From contig OZ245006.1 of assembly GCA_965223545.1 (NCBI GenBank), forward strand, positions 6,944,001 through 7,008,000: DNA of 64,000 nt. Reading direction: 5' to 3'. Shown here piece by piece: positions 60,645-64,000 of this stretch. Both the position numbers and the translations under genes were made by a program. Below the pieces are notes generated by a model that worked only from the letters and a program-made list of their open reading frames with translations, was not told the origin of the DNA and did no database searches. The stretch comes from Planctomycetota bacterium (lineage in GTDB: Bacteria; Planctomycetota; UBA1135; UBA2386). Numbering within the stretch: position 1 is the stretch's first letter; each line of letters starts with the position of its first letter.

Positions 60645-62267
60645 GTGAGGAGTCTGCTGTGGCGATCGCTGCTGCTGGTCGTGGCGACCGCCGTGCTGTT
60701 GGAGCTCCTGCTGCAGGCGGGCGCGGTGGTGGTCTACCTCGCGCACGGGCGCGCGCCCGAGACCAGCGCCGGCGGCCGCGGTGCCGTCCTCTGTGTCGGT
60801 GACTCCTTCACCTACGGTGCGGGGGCGACGACGCCGGCGGGCAGCTATCCGGCGGCGATGCAGCGCGCGGCGCGGGACGAGCACGGTCTCGAGATCGAGG
60901 TCATCAACGCAGGGTGGCCCGGCCAGACCTCGCTCGACATCGTCTGCGGCCTCGAGGCGCAGCTGCAGGAGCACCGGCCGGCCGCGGTTTGCATTGCGGT
61001 CGGGGTCAACGACCGCTGGAGTCGGCCGGGCGCGTGGGACGGGGCGACCGTCGATCCTGAGTCGACGGTGCCGCCGGGTCGAGGCTTTCGCCTGCTTTGG
61101 CGCACGGGACGCCTGATCGACTGGGTGCTGCAGGACGGCACTGCCTGGCAGCCGCCGAGCGAGACGCCGTCACCGTGGAGCCGCGACCGTGGATCGGAGG
61201 TCACCACGGCGATGGTGGACCTTGGCCACCGCATTCTCGCCGGCGAGGGATTGTTGGCGGACGAGCAGGGAAAGGTGGCGGTGGTCGCGCCGGAGTGGCG
61301 TGACGTCGTCCACTCCGCCGAGCGGTTGCTGTACGAAAGCAAGTTCGGCGCGGCGGAGGAGATGGCCTCGGTGGCCTTGCACGATGGGCGCGCCGTCGCG
61401 CTGTTTCCGGCGCTGGTGAACGCGCGCGTGCGGCGTGGTGACCGAGCGGGCGCACTGGCTGCCGTGGAAGTGCTGCAGCGGCGCGTGCGCGCGGAGCGGG
61501 CGACCGAGCTCGAGACCGTGGGGCCGCTGCTCACCTGCCTGGATCTGGTCGGCGCCTGGGACGATGCGTTGGCCCTGGCTCGCGCGGTGGCCCAGGTGAA
61601 CCCCGATTGGATCGAGCCGTGGCGCGTGATGGGGCGGATCTACTTCAAGCGCGACCGCGGCCTCGCCGAGCGCGCCTTCCGGCAGTACGTGCGGCTGCAG
61701 CCGCGCGGGGCGTTGCGGTGGGCCGGACGGCCGCTGCGGGTGGTGGGGCAGATCCACGCTGCCACCGACGCGGCCGCCGCAGCCCGCATCGTCGCGGCGG
61801 CGAGCTTGCTCGACGGCAAGCTGTCGCCCGGTGTGCTGGCCGCCCGCGCGAACGAGTTCGACTGGCGCGCGTTCCGTGCCGTCGCGGCGGATCCCGATCT
61901 CGACGACCCGGGCCGTGCGCTCTTGGTCGCCATCGAAACCGAAGTTCTTTCCGATACCGAGGGAGCGGTCACCGAGGTGCTCGAGGCGAATCTGGCGCAC
62001 GCCGTCGCCCTTTGTCGGGCGGCCGGCGCGCGGGCCATCCTGGTCGGGTACCCGCTGGCGCTGAGCGAGCTGGAAGCCGCCATGCGCGCCGTCGCGGACC
62101 GGCTGCAGGTCCCATTCGTGTGCGTCGCCGACGCCATTACGGAGGCGCTGCGCACCGCGAGTCGCGGCGACCTGTTCGTCGCCGATGGCCATTGCAGCGA
62201 CGCGGGCTACGCGGTGATGGGGCGCGCGGTGGCGCCCGTCGTCGGCGAAGTGCTCGGTGGTCAGTAG
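60645..62267 (+). CDS. SGNH/GDSL hydrolase with TPR-like insertion
   Basis: N-terminal TM; GDSFTYG, NAG, GVND; DGH about 400 aa later. Confidence 0.8.
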   Translation: MRSLLWRSLLLVVATAVLLELLLQAGAVVVYLAHGRAPETSAGGRGAVLCVGDSFTYGAGATTPAGSYPAAMQRAARDEHGLEIEVINAGWPGQTSLDIVCGLEAQLQEHRPAAVCIAVGVNDRWSRPGAWDGATVDPESTVPPGRGFRLLWRTGRLIDWVLQDGTAWQPPSETPSPWSRDRGSEVTTAMVDLGHRILAGEGLLADEQGKVAVVAPEWRDVVHSAERLLYESKFGAAEEMASVALHDGRAVALFPALVNARVRRGDRAGALAAVEVLQRRVRAERATELETVGPLLTCLDLVGAWDDALALARAVAQVNPDWIEPWRVMGRIYFKRDRGLAERAFRQYVRLQPRGALRWAGRPLRVVGQIHAATDAAAAARIVAAASLLDGKLSPGVLAARANEFDWRAFRAVAADPDLDDPGRALLVAIETEVLSDTEGAVTEVLEANLAHAVALCRAAGARAILVGYPLALSELEAAMRAVADRLQVPFVCVADAITEALRTASRGDLFVADGHCSDAGYAVMGRAVAPVVGEVLGGQ

Positions 62268-63154
62268 CCCAGGTGCTGCTCGGCGGGGCGGCCGAAGTCG
62301 CGCTGCCATTCCTGCTCGAGGGCGGTCGAGAGCTCCGGCGGCAGCGGCCCATCGTCGCGCGCCCCCGCCAGAGCGACGACGTGCTCTGGCCGCTTGACCC
62401 CGAAGATCGCGCGGTCGACCGACGGGTGGTGGAGGATGAAGCGACTGGCGAGCTGGGGCAGCGGGATCGTCGACAGGCGGCGGATCGCTGCCAGCCGTTC
62501 GACCAGCGAGCTCAGCCGTTCGCCGGCCAGCCAGCCGGAACGGTGGTCGTCGGCCGCAAAGCGCGTGTCTCGCTCGATGTGGCCGCCGAGTAGGCCGGTG
62601 GCCAACGGCGAACGCGCCGCGAAGCAGACCCCGTCGCCGAGTTCACCGGCGCGCTGCAGCGCGCCCATCGACAGCAGGTTGGCGTCGTCCTGCACCACGT
62701 CGAACCGCTGCAACAGCGGCAAGGGATAGTCGTGACCCTTGGCCAGGCTGATGCCGCGCCGCTCGATGTGGCCGGCCTGCACCAGCTCGTCGAACAAGGC
62801 CAGCACGGCATCGTAGTCCCCGATCTCGTCGCGCGGATTGTGCAGGTAGAGCGTGTGGATGCGTTCGACCCGCAGTCGCCGCAGGCTCGCCTCCACCGAT
62901 CGGCGCAGGTCGTCGACCGCGAAGCTCTTGCCGATGCCGGGCTGGTTGCCGCATTTGGTGCTGATGCGCACTCCCGGCATGAGGCCCAGCTCGGTGCCCA
63001 GGCAGCGCTCGGCGAAGCCGTCGCCGTAGTTGGGTGCGGTGTCGAACTCCCAGAACCCGAAGTCGACGCAAGCGCGCAACGTGCGCGCGACCTGCTCGAG
63101 GCCGATGGCGCCGAAGTCGCCGCTCAGCGGCCAGCTGCCGATGACGATGGACAT
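62261..63154 (-). CDS. Aldo/keto reductase
   Basis: FDTAPNYG, ISTKCG, SLRRL, LYLHNP, RSPLATGLL. Confidence 0.9.
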   Translation of the reverse strand: MSIVIGSWPLSGDFGAIGLEQVARTLRACVDFGFWEFDTAPNYGDGFAERCLGTELGLMPGVRISTKCGNQPGIGKSFAVDDLRRSVEASLRRLRVERIHTLYLHNPRDEIGDYDAVLALFDELVQAGHIERRGISLAKGHDYPLPLLQRFDVVQDDANLLSMGALQRAGELGDGVCFAARSPLATGLLGGHIERDTRFAADDHRSGWLAGERLSSLVERLAAIRRLSTIPLPQLASRFILHHPSVDRAIFGVKRPEHVVALAGARDDGPLPPELSTALEQEWQRDFGRPAEQHLGY

Positions 63155-63999
63155 GAGCTGAGTCCGTACTCGCGCTTGAGGGTTTCGAGCTGCCCGAACC
63201 CGTCGCGCATCAGGTCGACGAAGTGGGCCTTGTAGAACTCGAGGGTGTCGCGGTCGAGCAGCGCCGAGCGGCTGCGGGTGCGCAGCTGGCCGTCGACGTC
63301 GAGCTCGTAGTCGCCGAAGTCGTCGGCCTCGCGGCCGACCTCGGCCTCGATGGTGCCGAGGTAGGGCGAGTAGAACGCCACCGTGACGTTGTCTGGATCG
63401 AGCTGTCGATTGAGGTCGATGGTCTCGTGCACCATCTCCTCGGTCTCGTGCGGCAGCCCGATGATGTTGTAGGTGGTCCGCTTGATGCCGAGCGCGCGCA
63501 GGCGGGCGAAGTTCTCGCGCAGCTTCTCGGTCTGTGCGAAGCGCCGCAGGCGGTCCTCGCGGAACGACTCGCTGGCCAGCTCGAGGCCGGTGCCGACGCC
63601 GTCGACGCGCAGCCGCGGCAACAGCTCGAAGTCGCGCTCGCTCATGCGGTCGACGCGCGTCTCGATGTACAGGCGCAGGTCGAGGTCCGCCGCGTCCAGC
63701 CGGTCGGCGAGTTCCAGCAGCGTCGGCCGGTGGATGGTGAGGAAGTTGGTGTCCTGGCAGCGCACCAGCCGGACCCCGTGCTCGTCGTGCAGGGCCTGCA
63801 GCTCGGCGATGATCCGCGCGGCGCTCTTGTGCCTCAGGTAGCCCTTCGCATCGCGCAGCGCGCCCGAGGTCGTGCTGGCCTCGGTGAAGCCGTAGTGGCG
63901 CTGGACCACGGTCTCCACGCAGTAGGTGCAGGTGAACATGCAGCCGCGCGACAGCTCGTAGTCGGCGGCGCGGACGACGTCGCCGTTGTAGGGCCGCCA
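63124..63999 (-). CDS. Radical SAM enzyme, 5' end outside the window
   Basis: Frame open to the edge: YELSRGCMFTCTYC, DTNFL, ETRVD, YNIIGLP.ET, SPYLGT. Confidence 0.88.
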   Translation of the reverse strand, partial: WRPYNGDVVRAADYELSRGCMFTCTYCVETVVQRHYGFTEASTTSGALRDAKGYLRHKSAARIIAELQALHDEHGVRLVRCQDTNFLTIHRPTLLELADRLDAADLDLRLYIETRVDRMSERDFELLPRLRVDGVGTGLELASESFREDRLRRFAQTEKLRENFARLRALGIKRTTYNIIGLPHETEEMVHETIDLNRQLDPDNVTVAFYSPYLGTIEAEVGREADDFGDYELDVDGQLRTRSRSALLDRDTLEFYKAHFVDLMRDGFGQLETLKREYGLSSCPSSSAAGR

Positions 64000-64000
64000 G

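Overview
Very GC-rich, gene-dense bacterial chromosomal segment of about 41 CDS with no rRNA, tRNA, CRISPR, transposase or integrase that I can see. Gene styles suggest an uncultured Planctomycetota lineage (inference): ECF sigma factors fused to a membrane anchor and beta-sandwich repeats, purA-uppS-cdsA-phoH-ybeY, and a secreted PNNPALIG-type domain. Housekeeping genes are pyk, pyc, lat, leuB, purA, uppS, cdsA, phoH, ybeY and lysA. These are mixed with envelope/glycan genes (extended GlmS, DegT, GT2, WcaJ-like, radical SAMs, SGNH), regulators (2 ECFs, FliA/WhiG, GAF-bEBP, hybrid kinase, HxlR), secreted peptidases and an Ig/PKD surface protein. Most unusual observations: (1) two tandem 195-bp palindromic units inserted in frame into the signal peptide of a rhodanese lipoprotein; (2) a GTAC+hairpin REP-like family, including a perfect 121-bp palindrome and an inverted pair enclosing a small ORF, which together bracket the Ig/PKD gene; (3) twin hairpins with unrelated stems but a shared loop (candidate structured RNA); (4) a stand-alone NRPS condensation domain with no NRPS nearby; (5) a sigma-54 promoter with an upstream palindrome. 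All calls come from reading motifs by eye; no database searches were run.
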